Assembly (NCBI RefSeq): GCF_025526975.1
Contig: NW_026515669.1
Span: forward strand, 1,550,001-1,614,000
Reading direction: 5' to 3'
Source: Fimicolochytrium jonesii
Lineage: Eukaryota
Length of the DNA stretch: 64,000 nt
Shown here: positions 40,932 through 53,197 of the stretch, piece after piece
Numbering within the stretch: the stretch's first letter is position 1
Layout: every line of letters starts with the position of its first letter
The notes under the pieces: model-generated
What the model was told of the DNA's origin: nothing
The model's database searches: none
The model's input: only the letters and a program-made list of their open reading frames with translations
Made by a program: the position numbers and the translations under genes

Positions 40932-41460
40932 TAGACTTGGGTCGTAGGGGGGTTATGGTTGCCGGTTTTGTTCTACTGTGGTTCTCCTTTTTTGTCACAA
41001 TCAATATACATCTATTACTTGTCTTCGTAAGCACGAGTCTCATGCAAGCCAATTGCCAATTGCTCCATTCTTCCACTCTAGTGAATTGTCTTACTGGATG
41101 CTTCTCATGTATGGACGGCGAAGGAGCCCCCGGGCCCTATTAAGTCATAGGAACTTGGAACTTCGACAAGTCAGCGCAACGTCACGTGAGATATCAGCGC
41201 CGGGGTAAATATTAAAAGGCCAAGCAAAACGCGCTGTTGTGGTCGTACAAATGGGGACTTACGACCCCTGCACCAAGCCCCGTTCCGGCGCGTTTGGACT
41301 CACTGGTGACGTTGGATTTTGCAAAGGAAAAGCGCAAAAAGGGACCATCGATACAAAAGCAAGCAACCCCACCTGCGAAGCATTGCATTCCCCACCAACG
41401 ACCATCCCATTTTCCCACGCCCTCAAACTCACCATCAAACCCACCAACATCACTGCAAAC

Positions 41461-42348
41461 ATGGTCGCCTTTAACAACGTCGCGTTCCTTGCTGCTGCTG
41501 CCTTCATCTCTACTGCGAGCGCACAGGTCACTCTCCCCGGTGGCGCTCAAATTCCGGGCGTGCCAAACCCTCTCCCTGCGCTCACATCGGTTGCCGGTCA
41601 AGTCACTTCCGCCTTTGGAGTTGCCACTTCCGCCATCGCTGGCGTTGCCACACAAGTCGCTGGCGCCGCCACACAAGCGACGTCTGCCGCTGGGGCTGCC
41701 GCTACTACCGTCGCTGGTGACTGCCCTGTGGTACGCTTCATGTTTGCTTCCAACGGCCATATTTCTTGTTCCTCATGCTAACGTTTTCTTTCCCGGATTG
41801 CAGTTCGACCTTTGCAAGAGCAACATCAACATTGCCACGACCAGCACGTGCGACCCCTTGCAGAAGACTAACGTTACTTGGTACGCGGACTGTGAATGCA
41901 GGTTCGCCGTGAACATGAAGTAAGTAACATTTTTCGGGTCGTAACCTTCCTGAAGAAGAGGGTGGCCAGCTATTCGCCTCGCAAATTGCTGACTCTGGTC
42001 CCTTTCAGGAACTGCTACTCTCAGTGCCCAGGGAACGCCAAGGTTGAGGCCGAAGGAGTTGCTTACCAGACGAAAGTCGTCGCCCTGTGTGCAGCCGCCA
42101 ACCTCGACGCCAACCACCTTCCTCCAACCGCCCCCTGGATCATCTCCTCCATTGCTGTCCCAACGGCTACCGCTACCGCCGCCGGTAACACCGTTGCCGC
42201 CCCCGCTATCACTGCTACGTCCGTTGCTTCTGCGGCTGCTACCGCTACGCCTTCCGCGGGTGCGAACTCTGAGGGCTACACTCTTGGCGGTTTGACCGCC
42301 ATCGTTCCGATTGTTGGTGCTGCCCTTGCAGCGGTGCTCGTCTTCTAA
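41461..42348 (+). CDS. Secreted, probably GPI-anchored Cys-rich and Ala/Thr-rich cell-surface protein, 3 exons
   Basis: Signal peptide MVAFNNVAFLAAAAFISTASA, 8-Cys module, Ala/Thr stalk and hydrophobic C-terminus. Confidence 0.75.
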
Positions 42349-43620
42349 AACTTCACGGACTTATTTTTCCTTCCTTGTACTGAGGCACTGATGTAGATTT
42401 AGAGACATCGCGCGGCGTAACATATCCCTTTTTCTACATAATGCAGACATTTGTATATTTCTTTTAGTTTTTCTTAATATCAGCTTTTTCCACATACCTG
42501 TGACTATCATTTGGGCACCTGTCGCTGCGAGGTTGGTGTACCTTTCTTCCCTTAGCGAATAATGAGAAGATGGGAAAGACAGAGAACTGCGGCAGCATCG
42601 TCCACACCTATCTCAATTTCAAAGTGTTTGCTGCAATACGTACCTTCCCAACCTCAACGCCTAGGTCTGCACCTGAACGGTAATTGCCCGCCGATGTCCT
42701 ATACATGCAGAAAAACAATGCGGCCGGCGACTCCAACTGGTGATGTAGAGGGATCATGCCTTAAACATAGCTTCGAGAGTCCATGATTATATATGCGGCA
42801 TGTGTGAGAAATGTCGATTTGGGGACGCGTCGAACTGCTCATAAGCGACGAGCGCGTCCCGCGAGCCCTTTTTTACCCCTGTAAAATTACCAAACCGTTT
42901 TCCTTCCATGGACGGTGAACCCGACCCGCAGAAGGGACTCGACCGTAATTACCGCATCACACGCCTCCGATGGGTTCTTTGCCAAAGACGCACATCAAAA
43001 CAAACATGTACGGGACGATGGGGTCTGCCAATATCCACATCAATCGCCCCTGAGTTGTTTGCAATACAAAGTCCGTGACTCCTGCAAAGTCCCCGCCAAC
43101 CATACCCACCAGTTAGCGGATGTGTACTTCATTTACTCGATCGTGTTGAGGCTGCGTCCGTTTTACTTTTTGGGCGGGATCACTACCTCTCCTGGTGGCA
43201 GAAGCTCTCGTTCCTCCTTCCCTTCGCCTCCGAAAAGTGGATTCCTTGGGTTTTGCACCAGCAGAAAAACGTATATATTCCGCGAACGTAGATCCTTTCC
43301 CGCCTTGCTCGACTCCTTGTGCAAGCACGCAACGGATCCAGTTTCATCCGGTATACGGCATTGTAGGACCTCTCTCTTGAAACCTACCGCAGGACGGTGA
43401 ACACGGCGAGAATCATAAGTTACCGAGGCTGCGCAACAGGATCCTTCGCCACCGTCGACATCTTCATTTGGACTACTTAAAAAAGCATCGGCTTCCTGCG
43501 TCTCTCCGTGCCTCCGTCCTACAGCACAACAATTGCAGACCCACCTGTGAATGGAGGCACTCTTCCGTCCTGTTCTTCTGTCATCTTGCCCACGCATTTC
43601 GCGCTACGAATCTCGCGACG

Positions 43621-45815
43621 ATGTTGACGCGTCGGAGCCCGCGGAAAGGTAACGTGTCATGGTGCATTTCGCGCATTGGAGATTAGCATGATGCTAACGA
43701 AAGGCTTCTTCCATCACCAGTGACCTTTACCATTCAAACAGCAGCAGTGCTGCTATTTGCGACCCATCCTGGTCTGGCAAGCCCATTGTTTCTCGACGTT
43801 CCGACACCCGCCAACGACTTGGCCCCGGCAATTCCAACCCTGCCCCCGCTCGCCACGCCCTCTGCACCAATAGGCACCGGCTCGACCCCTACTCCTCCGC
43901 AAGCTGCAAAGGTCTCTAGTGGAGTACCCAGCCCTCCGGCGACCGTGCAAGGCAGTAATGTTTCATCCGCGATTAGCACCGTAACCCCCGAAACAGACGC
44001 AGGAAGCGAATTAACTTGCCCCGATGGACACTATGCAAACGCTGAGAATACCAGCTGTCTGCGCTGTGATGCGTCCTCCACCAATGTCGTTACGTGTGAA
44101 AATACGCTGGCGCTGCATGCGAATGCTTTGAGGCCGTCGTCTTCGGAGATGGGAGCGTGGGCGCCAGCCGTAACGGCAGCCGTGGTTGGGATTCCTGTGT
44201 TGGTTTGCATCTGCATTGCGTTGGGGGCGGTTTGGTGCATATGGAGCAGACAAAAGAAGGCGAAAGGGGATCTCTTCGGTAGTAAAATGGACTCGCTTAA
44301 AGGTACGCCTAATCAGGATTGTCCTATATGATATCGATTTTCAAGCTGATTTTCGTCTATGGAACAGACTTCAGTGAAAACAGCAATCTCCCAACACGGC
44401 CTCAGCGGGCATGGAGGAAGCCTGGTGGCTCCGTGCGCGTGGGCGGGATAAAGGAACCACCTCTTGTGAAAGATGAAGCCAGCGGGCAACGAGAGAAGTT
44501 CATGGACATGGTCTCAAAGGCGTGGCAAGGGCCATTGGAGCCTGATCGAAAGACTGCAAAGCCCGCGCAACCATCAGCAGCACTCTCCGCGCCTCATTCG
44601 AATGGAAGCGAAGGAGGACTGACAGCAGATGAGCAGCGAAGCGCTCTCATTCCAACGATCACGCACATACCAGAGCTTGCGAGAGATCTGGAAGTACCGT
44701 TATTTGCTGGGAAGTCGTATCAGCCTGAACGATTTGCTGCACAGAACATCCCAACCATCCAAGTACATCAACCAGACAGTGCACCCCCTTCCGGCTTCAG
44801 CTCAGGGTCCTCCGCGACGTCGAACAGCTCGTATAATTCTCAAGGCAAACCCCGAAAGCCCATCTTAGCCCACCGCGAGAGACAAAAGCCTCGCAACCCC
44901 GGCGGCCGAATCTACGATGATGTCGACACCGGTCGGTCTGTGAACCGGGAGCTTATTCGCAAAGCCGCCCTTGACGAATTTGCCTATCAGCAACATAAAA
45001 ACAGCAGTGTGAAGTCGTCCACACCATCGGCAAGCGTGGATGGCTCTAACCCCAGCGATAACACACGGGTCAACACTCCTGCAACCGACCTGATGACAGC
45101 CAACGACGACGTTCCGCTGATCAACTTCGTCGGTCCAAGACCAGCTGCACCAACCGTCCGTCAGGACCCTCGCGTTCTTCGCCTCCATATCGAAAGCGGC
45201 ACATCATCCTCCCTCAGCTCTTCGGGGTCCTCCTTCAGATCGGAAGCATCATCAGCCTCGCGCCTTCCCTCGCCCAACGGGTCCACGAGCTCACGGGAAG
45301 CGATGCGTGCTCGACGCGATATGTGGGAGAACGCGTTGTTTACGCCAGGTTCCATGTTATCGCCGGTTCCGCCTTACGCGGCCACAGGCGTTCCGATGCT
45401 GATGCCTCACCCGCCTCCTCCGATCTTAAGCTCTCCGGATCCGTACCACCCGATGATGGGAATGCTCAGCATACCACCGCCATACCAGATCTATTTCGAC
45501 CAGCCTCAGTATGGCTTCGCGTCCAACTCTTCCACCACATCCTCATCCGCGGCCAGTTCCGCCTCGTCGTCGACGGATGACAGTCGCAGGGGTCGTCGAC
45601 CAGGTCGGACCCGCGATAGAAGTCAAGAGACGTCCCACGACCACCCTGACACCGCAGCTTCGCGTTCTGAATCGCGCGCACGGAGCACCTCTCGATCTCG
45701 GTCCCGCTCACGGCGTCGAGATAGATCCCAGCAGCCGAGCGATCGCGTCATGGATATCCGGATGCAGAAGCAACGCGTGCTCAATGAGGAGTATCGGAAG
45801 CTGCAAAACAAATGA
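43621..45815 (+). CDS. Hypothetical single-pass membrane protein with long low-complexity cytoplasmic tail, 3 exons
   Basis: Signal-like start, Pro/Thr stalk, CPDGHY..CLRC motif, TM AAVVGIPVLVCICIALGAVWCIW; the tail is the 44319-45815 ORF. Confidence 0.62.
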
Positions 45816-46258
45816 TGTGGACTGCCACACTTACTCGCACGGTTGGATGTTCTGTTCGGATTGTTGTTCTTATGCATGGTGTGTTCATATGTCTGTTCTT
45901 ACGGGTCAGTGGCTACTATAGCCTGACCCCACCCCTGTGAATACAGTAGAAACTCATCCCTTGTGTTGTTGTCAATCGGTTGTATGTACATATATATATG
46001 CAAATGTCAATAGTCCATCCGAAACTTCCATTGATAGTACGTAAGAGGACGGCAAAAGTAAAACGCAGATGACAAAGCACCCAATAAATGTGCGACGGCT
46101 CGGAGGCGCTGAATCACGTGCGTTGCTCGAATATAGATGACATCATAAAGTCTGTAGATCCACAACTCTCACTTGGCAGCTCAACGCGTCGGGAACTTCG
46201 AGGGAAGACGCCTGTCACGCGCCCCATCCACACGTCACCGTCACCGCGAATCAGGGAT

Positions 46259-46279
46259 GGGGGGGGGGGGGGGGGGGGG
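46259..46279 (+). repeat. Poly-G tract (about 21 nt)
   Basis: Uninterrupted G run in intergenic DNA. Confidence 0.9.
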
Positions 46280-46999
46280 AACGCAGAGTCCTTCCCTCTC
46301 CCTTCTTGCTTACCCGCTGATGAGGGAGGGATATTCCTGGATTGATGAGAACTGCATGCAATCATCCATGCAGCATCATAACTGGCTCATGAAGGTGGGG
46401 AAAAGGACACCGCTCCCTGCGTATCGATATTTCCGTGCAAAAAGGATAAAATCGTACGTAGGATTCTTGATCCACCCGCTACGCAAAGATAGGAAAGCCT
46501 CACTTGCAAGATCCGCACGGTATCCGTCCAATAATACTTGCCAGGTGTTTCCTCACTCGCAATACATACATCCACTCGGCGCAAGCAGCAAGCAGCACCA
46601 GCAGCAAACGGCTGTCTCGTCTTTCCGAGCGTTATCACCATTTGGTGTTCCTTTTCCACTCGTTGAACGAAACTTTATCCCACATACGCATACTCGGTTC
46701 GGTGTCGCAACCTGACCTATCTGTGCATACCGCCTTCCCTCCCCAAAGTCTTCGATTCAAGTTGCAACCACGTCCACACATTCTCGTCGGGTACGATTCT
46801 CGTCTCTTTCCGATCGGTCCTGACAACTTTCTACGGTTCGAAACCTTTCTGGTGAGTGAAGAGCTCTTCAGGCGGACTTGCCACTTGCAAGGTCTTCTCC
46901 AGAGTGTTTGCCTGCACGAGTTGCACTTGCGAGTGATATCCCGGTTTAGCTCACTCTTCATCACTACCTCATAGCGTCGCCTAAACAACCAGTATCGCA

Positions 47000-49662
47000 A
47001 TGACCGAAGCGTTAGACATCTCCGCACCGTTCAATGTGCGTGGGCACAAGAACCATGCTGCCATTTCCGTCCCTTTAAACGTCGCGACGAGCCCGACAAA
47101 ATCTAACGATGTTCACTTGCAGGCGGTTTCGTCGCCTCGCAGGAAGTTGTCAGTAATGGACGTCGCGACGTCGCCTTTGGCGGTGAACTTCCACACCTGG
47201 CGTATAAACGCGCTCACCACCAACGCATTTCGTCAATGCCAGTTCCTTGAGCACGCAAAAAAGACGTTTGACGAAGCCGGTGCGGATTCCGACAAGAAAG
47301 CCATGCGCATGCTCAAGGATCTTAGCTTTTTCAACTCGTCGCGGCCTTCGAGCGGATCCTCGCGTCTTTCCGAGCAGGCCCCCAAGTCGACCTACAGTGC
47401 GCTTCGAGCTCTCTTGACTACTCCCGTCTCTGCCCTTGGCGACGCAGAATGGCTTTTGGCCATCAAAACGCTTCTCGAGCCGCAGCCGGAGCTGTACGAG
47501 GAGTTCAAGGAAGCATTTGGCATACGAGAAGACGATCACACCCCGCATGATGTGGATGAGGCGTTCACTCCGACATCTGCCGCAGCCGCTGCTGAGACGG
47601 GCAAACCCTTCGTCCGTCGTTCCAGCAGCAAAGTGAAATTCGAAACACGAGAGGTACAGAATGCGGGCTCGGATGAAGATATGCCAACCATCCTTCACTA
47701 TCCTCCCACCCCAGCTGCGGTCGACCTGCGTGAGTCTCCTTTCCTTTCCATCTCCGAATGCAGATCCCCAACCCCGATGAGCCCCGCTGGACCCGCCGAC
47801 AAGTCTTTCGCATTTGATGCCACCGCTCCGGCCGCCATCCCTGAGCAGGAACAGAACGAGGTGTGCTTGAACGGACACTACATCGCCTACGACTTGCATG
47901 TGGCCATGATGGACAGGCCCGGCGAAATGCGGGAACTGATGGCAAGGAACCCCGAACTCTTCGAGAACATTCGTAATAGCTGTTGTGCGGATGACGATCG
48001 GTGGATCGAGCTGGAAGACGTGCTGTTGACATCTCGAGAAGAGATGGATGACTTGACTTGGATGCACACGATCGGAGACCACATGGGCAACAACCCAAGC
48101 TTGTTTGCAATGCTCAAAGAACTAGTTGGCTATGACATGCACGAGGAAGTTGCGGAAGAAAGTGAAGACGAGGATAGCGATCTATATGATGAGGAAGACG
48201 ATACCTTCGAGAAGCCTGAATGGCTTGACACGGTCGTCAAGATGCGGGAAGCCCCGGAGATCATGCAGCGGCTTGAGAATGATTGTAAGCGTCAATGCTC
48301 TGTGTTGTTGACCGCCTTTATCCTGTATATGAGAACTCACACCCATCTCTCTCAGATCCGCAATTCTTTGCCAATGTCAAGAAAGCCATTGCAGCGGAGG
48401 ATGAGACGGAATACTCCCACTTCCTCAGTGCGTTTTACAGTCCTGCTTCGACCATGTCTGACCAGGAGTGGGAACGCGAGATGCTGCGGTATCTCGCACG
48501 ATCCAAGTCGCTTCTCAGCCAGCTTCGCGAGATTGCCCTCTACGAACTTGACGTGGATGAAGATAAACCGGAGCCGGAGACCAGTATCTTTGAGCCTGCC
48601 GTCAAGGTCGACTTCTCATCGCGTCCAGCACCTACCCAGGCTCAAGGACCAGCGTCCAAGATCGAAGTGAAGGCCCGTGCCGACCCTTCGGCTACGAGGG
48701 ACTTGGAAACGGACCACCCACTCTTCTTTAACCTGCTGAGGAAGCAACTCACATCTCGTGACGAATACCATCGCTTCCTCCGAGCACTCTACGCTCCCCG
48801 AGAACACATCGCCGACGACAAGTGGGAAGCGTTGATTACACATCGCTTCCTCTCGGGCTCGCGGCGCCTGCGTCAGATGTTCCGTGAAGTCGTCGACGCT
48901 ATGGTCATTTCCACGTCCGAGATTATGGATTCGGACGATGAGGAATACCTTGGCCGATTCGAAGCGCCGATTCGAGGCGTCAGTGATGCCCGTGCGCGCA
49001 TCCTGCGACTCGAGCTTGCCGCTCCTGAACTATTCAACAAGATAAAGCGCAAGCTTGGCGACCAGTACGGCCGCTTCAAAGCTCTGCTCGTCACACCACG
49101 GGAGGAAATGAACGACGACGAGTGGGCCGAACGCATCGAGACGTACCTGGAGAGTGATATCCAGTTGTCGACCGGGTTTGCTCAGGTCGCCGGCATCCAG
49201 CAGTTGCGGAAAGACACTGCCAGCAAAAGCACCGCTGCGGCAGAAGAAGGCACCGGCGAGATCCTCTCCACGAGTCCATCATTGCAATCCGCAGCGCCTG
49301 TCATCGCACCTGTCCGCCCACCATCCCCCACCTCCTCCACACATTCCGGCCAATACGCCATCCGCGAGCAAATCGCCTCCAGCATCGGCCAGCTCGACTG
49401 GTTCCTCGGGCTGAAATCCGCCGTCGATGACGATAAGGTGTTTGGAAAGCTCCTCCATGGCCTCATTGAGAAAGAGGAGACGGAGAAGATCGCGCATCGC
49501 GACGACGCCACCCCGAGGTCTGAGGACCTCTCTGGCGGTATTCTGGAGCATGCCAACGTCTCCAACGACAAGCACGTGCTTCGGGAGTTGTTGCACGAGG
49601 TATTGCCATCCAATTCTGAGGTTGCTAAGCGTGTCGAAAGCTGGCTGGAAACATTGCCTTGA
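47000..49662 (+). CDS. Hypothetical protein with five ~60-70 aa helical repeats (PAH/harmonin-homology-like), 2 exons
   Basis: Two long ORFs joined by intron 48286-48355. Repeated pattern PxFF..I/VK......Y..F...L..PREE..D.EW...I...L....L...F. Confidence 0.72.
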
Positions 49663-50245
49663 GCTGGAGGGAATCCCCGTATTTGCCTATCTGTTCACAA
49701 TGCCTGGGCCGCGGGCGTATCATTGTCATTCCCTTCCGATTCGCTGGCTTTGTATCTTCTTTCATTTTCGCTTGTAATAATCTGCAATTTTGAGCCTTTT
49801 CATATCGGTGACCTTTTGTTCTCAACTTCACCAAATCTTTTTCCATTGTCCTCTCGGAGCCAAAGATGAGCATCTGGTCAAGACAGAATGTATTCCCATT
49901 TTACGTATTACAGTGCCCCGGAGAGCACGTTCAGATGCAAGCCAGCGCCCGACAGGTGAGCGTAACACAGAGGAATGGATGAGGCCTCTGTACATATTAC
50001 CATACATCTCCAAAGGCATCCGTTTCTGTAACGACTGCTACAAATTGTACATTGCTCACATAACATACATACGAAACCCAAATACGCCGGTCTACTTATG
50101 CTGCGCCAATTTCTAGCACTTCAGAGGTGACCGATTCCACACGAGCCTGATCCAGCTTCTCAGGCTGCAGTACTAAGAGAAGATGTGATAGCGTTGCCTG
50201 ATATCGCTGAACAGGATGTCTCGATCCGGAGAATCGGCAAGGACG

Positions 50246-51685
50246 TCAATGTTGAGTGATCCCGCGTGGGCTCTTTTCAGCGGCTGAGGCTGCGGTCCTG
50301 AGAGAAGACGTGAAAGGGCTGTCGGAGATCGCCGAACAAGAAGCCTCGCTTCGGATGCTGCCCAACGACGCATGGCTATCAAGCCCACGCGATGATAAGG
50401 CGTAGTTCCCAGTCTGCGGCTCAGTGCTTTTCGGGGGTGCACATTCCTGAACGTAGTCCCCAGCTGGCGGTTCCGAACGTCGTCCCGCGCTCACGTCGAC
50501 AAAGGAAGCTTCCAAGTTTGTCGTTAAGTTGATATGTTCCGCTGCAAACTGAGCAGCTTCGATTGTCTTGAATTCCGCATATGCTATGCTGGTGCCATCT
50601 TCGAAGCGGCTATACGTTATCTCCTTCGCATTCTCGTACGAGCCAAGCCATTCCGTGGATCGTTTCTTTCCAAAATTGGTATTGAACAACATCGTCTCCT
50701 TAAGATCGACCTGTATGGCGGCAGAGGGGTTGGCATCCGCCATTTTGAAAGGGGCTCGTTCGGGTGGCGACACCATCTCGGCTGTGGCTGGGGTATAACC
50801 CTGCACAGAGGAAACGATTTGAGGAAAGGGACTGATGTAAGCGGTGAAAGCGGGCCTTCGTCGGTCCCATACCTCGATATAACGAAAAAAGCGCCTGGCC
50901 GAGGGCGGATCGGAAAACGTAGCGATGCATTCTATTTCGGACAAGAGATCCACCCGCTGCCAGCCCCAGAATGATGATAAGAGATGCATGAGAACTATTT
51001 GGGAATCAAAATCGTTACGACTTCTGTCTTGACCATTTGAGTGGTTTCCATCACAACATATACCAGCCGGTTCATCGCCATAGGGGGTGACACGAACGCC
51101 GCGTGCTTTACTGTAGAGATCCGGATTCGTCACTTTGCCGTTTTGCTCCGCCAGATAGTCCCCAAAGTCGTCCAATTTCGAGATCGGTTCCGTGGGATTC
51201 CCGTACCGATCGACAAAGTAAGGCAGCAAATTTGTTTTCGAAGTGAGGTAATCGATGAAGCTAAAAGCGTCGTGAGTTGACTTAAATTTGACAACGTTCC
51301 CACGAGGAAAAGCTCTCCCTTGATCATATCCTGGTTGTCGCTGCGCTATCTTCTTTACGACCGAAACTGGCAGAAAGTTTCGAGGTATATAGACATATGG
51401 CGACTCGACGGCAACCGAAGCGATGGGAAACGGGCCGTTCTTCGGGTTCGCAAACGACCACTTATCCCAATGCAGCTTGACACGAGCATTAAGTTTCAGG
51501 TTGAGTGTCCCCAGAGCACGAACGGCGTTGGCGTGCGAGGTGAAGCATATGAGATGGAAGTGTGGGAACCAGAATATTTGTGTGAAGTCCTCGAACTCTT
51601 CGCAGGCTATGAGCAAATCGGCCTCATCCACACCTCTAGGCAGAGGCGGGCGGACCACTAGTCTGGATAGCTGTCCGACATCCAT
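50246..51685 (-). CDS. Hypothetical protein with several degenerate RRM-like modules; 5' end unresolved
   Basis: 479-aa ORF with repeated RNP1-like plus helix motifs (LICFTSHANAVRAL, VVKFKSTHDAFSF, IATFSDPPSARRF, AYAEFKTIEAAQFA). Confidence 0.6.
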   Translation of the reverse strand: MDVGQLSRLVVRPPLPRGVDEADLLIACEEFEDFTQIFWFPHFHLICFTSHANAVRALGTLNLKLNARVKLHWDKWSFANPKNGPFPIASVAVESPYVYIPRNFLPVSVVKKIAQRQPGYDQGRAFPRGNVVKFKSTHDAFSFIDYLTSKTNLLPYFVDRYGNPTEPISKLDDFGDYLAEQNGKVTNPDLYSKARGVRVTPYGDEPAGICCDGNHSNGQDRSRNDFDSQIVLMHLLSSFWGWQRVDLLSEIECIATFSDPPSARRFFRYIEVWDRRRPAFTAYISPFPQIVSSVQGYTPATAEMVSPPERAPFKMADANPSAAIQVDLKETMLFNTNFGKKRSTEWLGSYENAKEITYSRFEDGTSIAYAEFKTIEAAQFAAEHINLTTNLEASFVDVSAGRRSEPPAGDYVQECAPPKSTEPQTGNYALSSRGLDSHASLGSIRSEASCSAISDSPFTSSLRTAASAAEKSPRGITQH

Positions 51686-52079
51686 AGCGACGTTGCTGAA
51701 AAGGAGAGAGGTGACTAGTCCAAGTTCACAGCAGCGTTAAGACCACCCAAAGATGGACTTGCTCTTGCTTTGACGCGAGGAGAGCCGATTCGCGAACCGG
51801 AAGATTCTATTGACCGCAAGGACTTCGAGATACCTGTCAAATGCTGGGAAGTAGGAGCCACACCGTTGAGATTTGCAAACTCAACGACCCGCTTTGCCGT
51901 AATCCTTTGCGATGCACAGTCCAGATGGGGAAAGCAACAGGGTCTTGCTGTGCTGTCGAGCCTGACTTGACGCGTCTCTTACCACAAGTTGCCATCATCG
52001 GCGACGCCTCAGGCAGAGGTACAATGATGTGGATGGCAGATAACCACCACGGAAAATGGGATGGGGTGAGGATTCTAGA

Positions 52080-53197
52080 CTACCTACGGTTACGGGAGAA
52101 TACGTCTGGTCTGCGGCCATTGCCAAACACCACCGAACGCACAATCGAGAGGAAATTCTTGGTGCTCAGGACGTCCCGATTGTGCACTCTCATCCGTAGT
52201 CGTAGTGGTCGTCTTCCAGGAATCTCAAATGGCGTCCAGTCTTGGTTGATACATTCGGGGTTGGGGCAACCCACCAATCCATGGACGTATTCCATTCTTC
52301 CCTTTCTAGCTTGCCACAGCCGAGATGACAGCCGGCGTCGGATGTTTTTCTTCACACGCCCGTGGCAGTCTGGGCACACAGCGGCGACAGCGGGATAGTG
52401 GGGACAGCGGCGACAGCGGCGACAGCGGGATAGCGGGATAGCGGGGACAGCGGGATAGCGGGGACAGCAGGGCAGTAGTAATCAGCTGAAACTTACCGAA
52501 ATGGCCGCTCCTTCTTGATGTCTCGACAGAACAAGAGGTCACGCTTGCCCGGATCAATGCTGACAATGTTTGGAGCCTCCCGTAGTTTGGCGATGTGGTG
52601 CTCAAAATACAGCTGCTTGACTTCTTCCTGCATTTGGGCTTTGCTGCGCTTCTGGGCGCGATGGCCGTACTTGAGCCCTGGCTTCTTGAAGTGGATGGTA
52701 GCGGAATACCCGTTTGTGCTGATTGACACATCAAATTTGAGACCAAGCTTCTTTCGATCCTTGAAGACCTTGTCCTGCAATCCGTCATTCAGCAAGGTGA
52801 GGTGAGTGAAATAAGTGCAGAGGGATAGAGACTTACATTCACGTTGAGAAACTGCCCCCACAGCTCCCGCTTGCGTTGATCGGTGAGTTTCCCCATGCGA
52901 TGGCAGCCCAAGGCCAGGATATGAGTGGTTGGGATCTTCGTGTCGAGCCGAACAGATGACTGGATTCGAGATTTGCGCAGCGGGATAGCGGAAAACAGCC
53001 GCATTCCATGGTGCTCATAGAGGCGTGAGAGCTCACAATAGGCACCTGTGATGAGGCGAGGCAGGTGCGGACCATGATTAGACAAAAGAGGAACCCGCGG
53101 GGAGGGGGGGGCCAGAAATATACTAACTCACCTAAATATGGCATTGCGTCCACCGCAAGGCTGTATGCAAGCGGCTCATCCTGGGGAGGAAACAGAG
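52080..53197 (-). pseudogene. Fanzor1 (eukaryotic TnpB-like RNA-guided nuclease) remnant; intron-containing, internally deleted and interrupted by LTR insertion
   Basis: Spliced translation gives FSAIPLRKS..VRLDTKI, FDVSISTNG, RuvC-I VSIDPG (D at 52553-52555), zinc finger CPDC...VHGLVGCPNPEC and RuvC-III HNRDVLSTKN..GRRPDVFSR. In-frame introns at 53046-53131 and 52775-52836; a third donor at 52496. The RuvC-II region is absent. Confidence 0.85.
52378..52475. repeat. Imperfect 8-9 bp tandem repeat (CGG[C/G]GACAG / CGGGATAG) at the Fanzor deletion junction
   Basis: About 11 units read directly from the sequence. Confidence 0.88.

Noticed and set aside
52378..52475. CRISPR-like array next to a RuvC nuclease
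   Set aside because: Units are 8-9 bp with no unique spacers; this is a simple tandem repeat.
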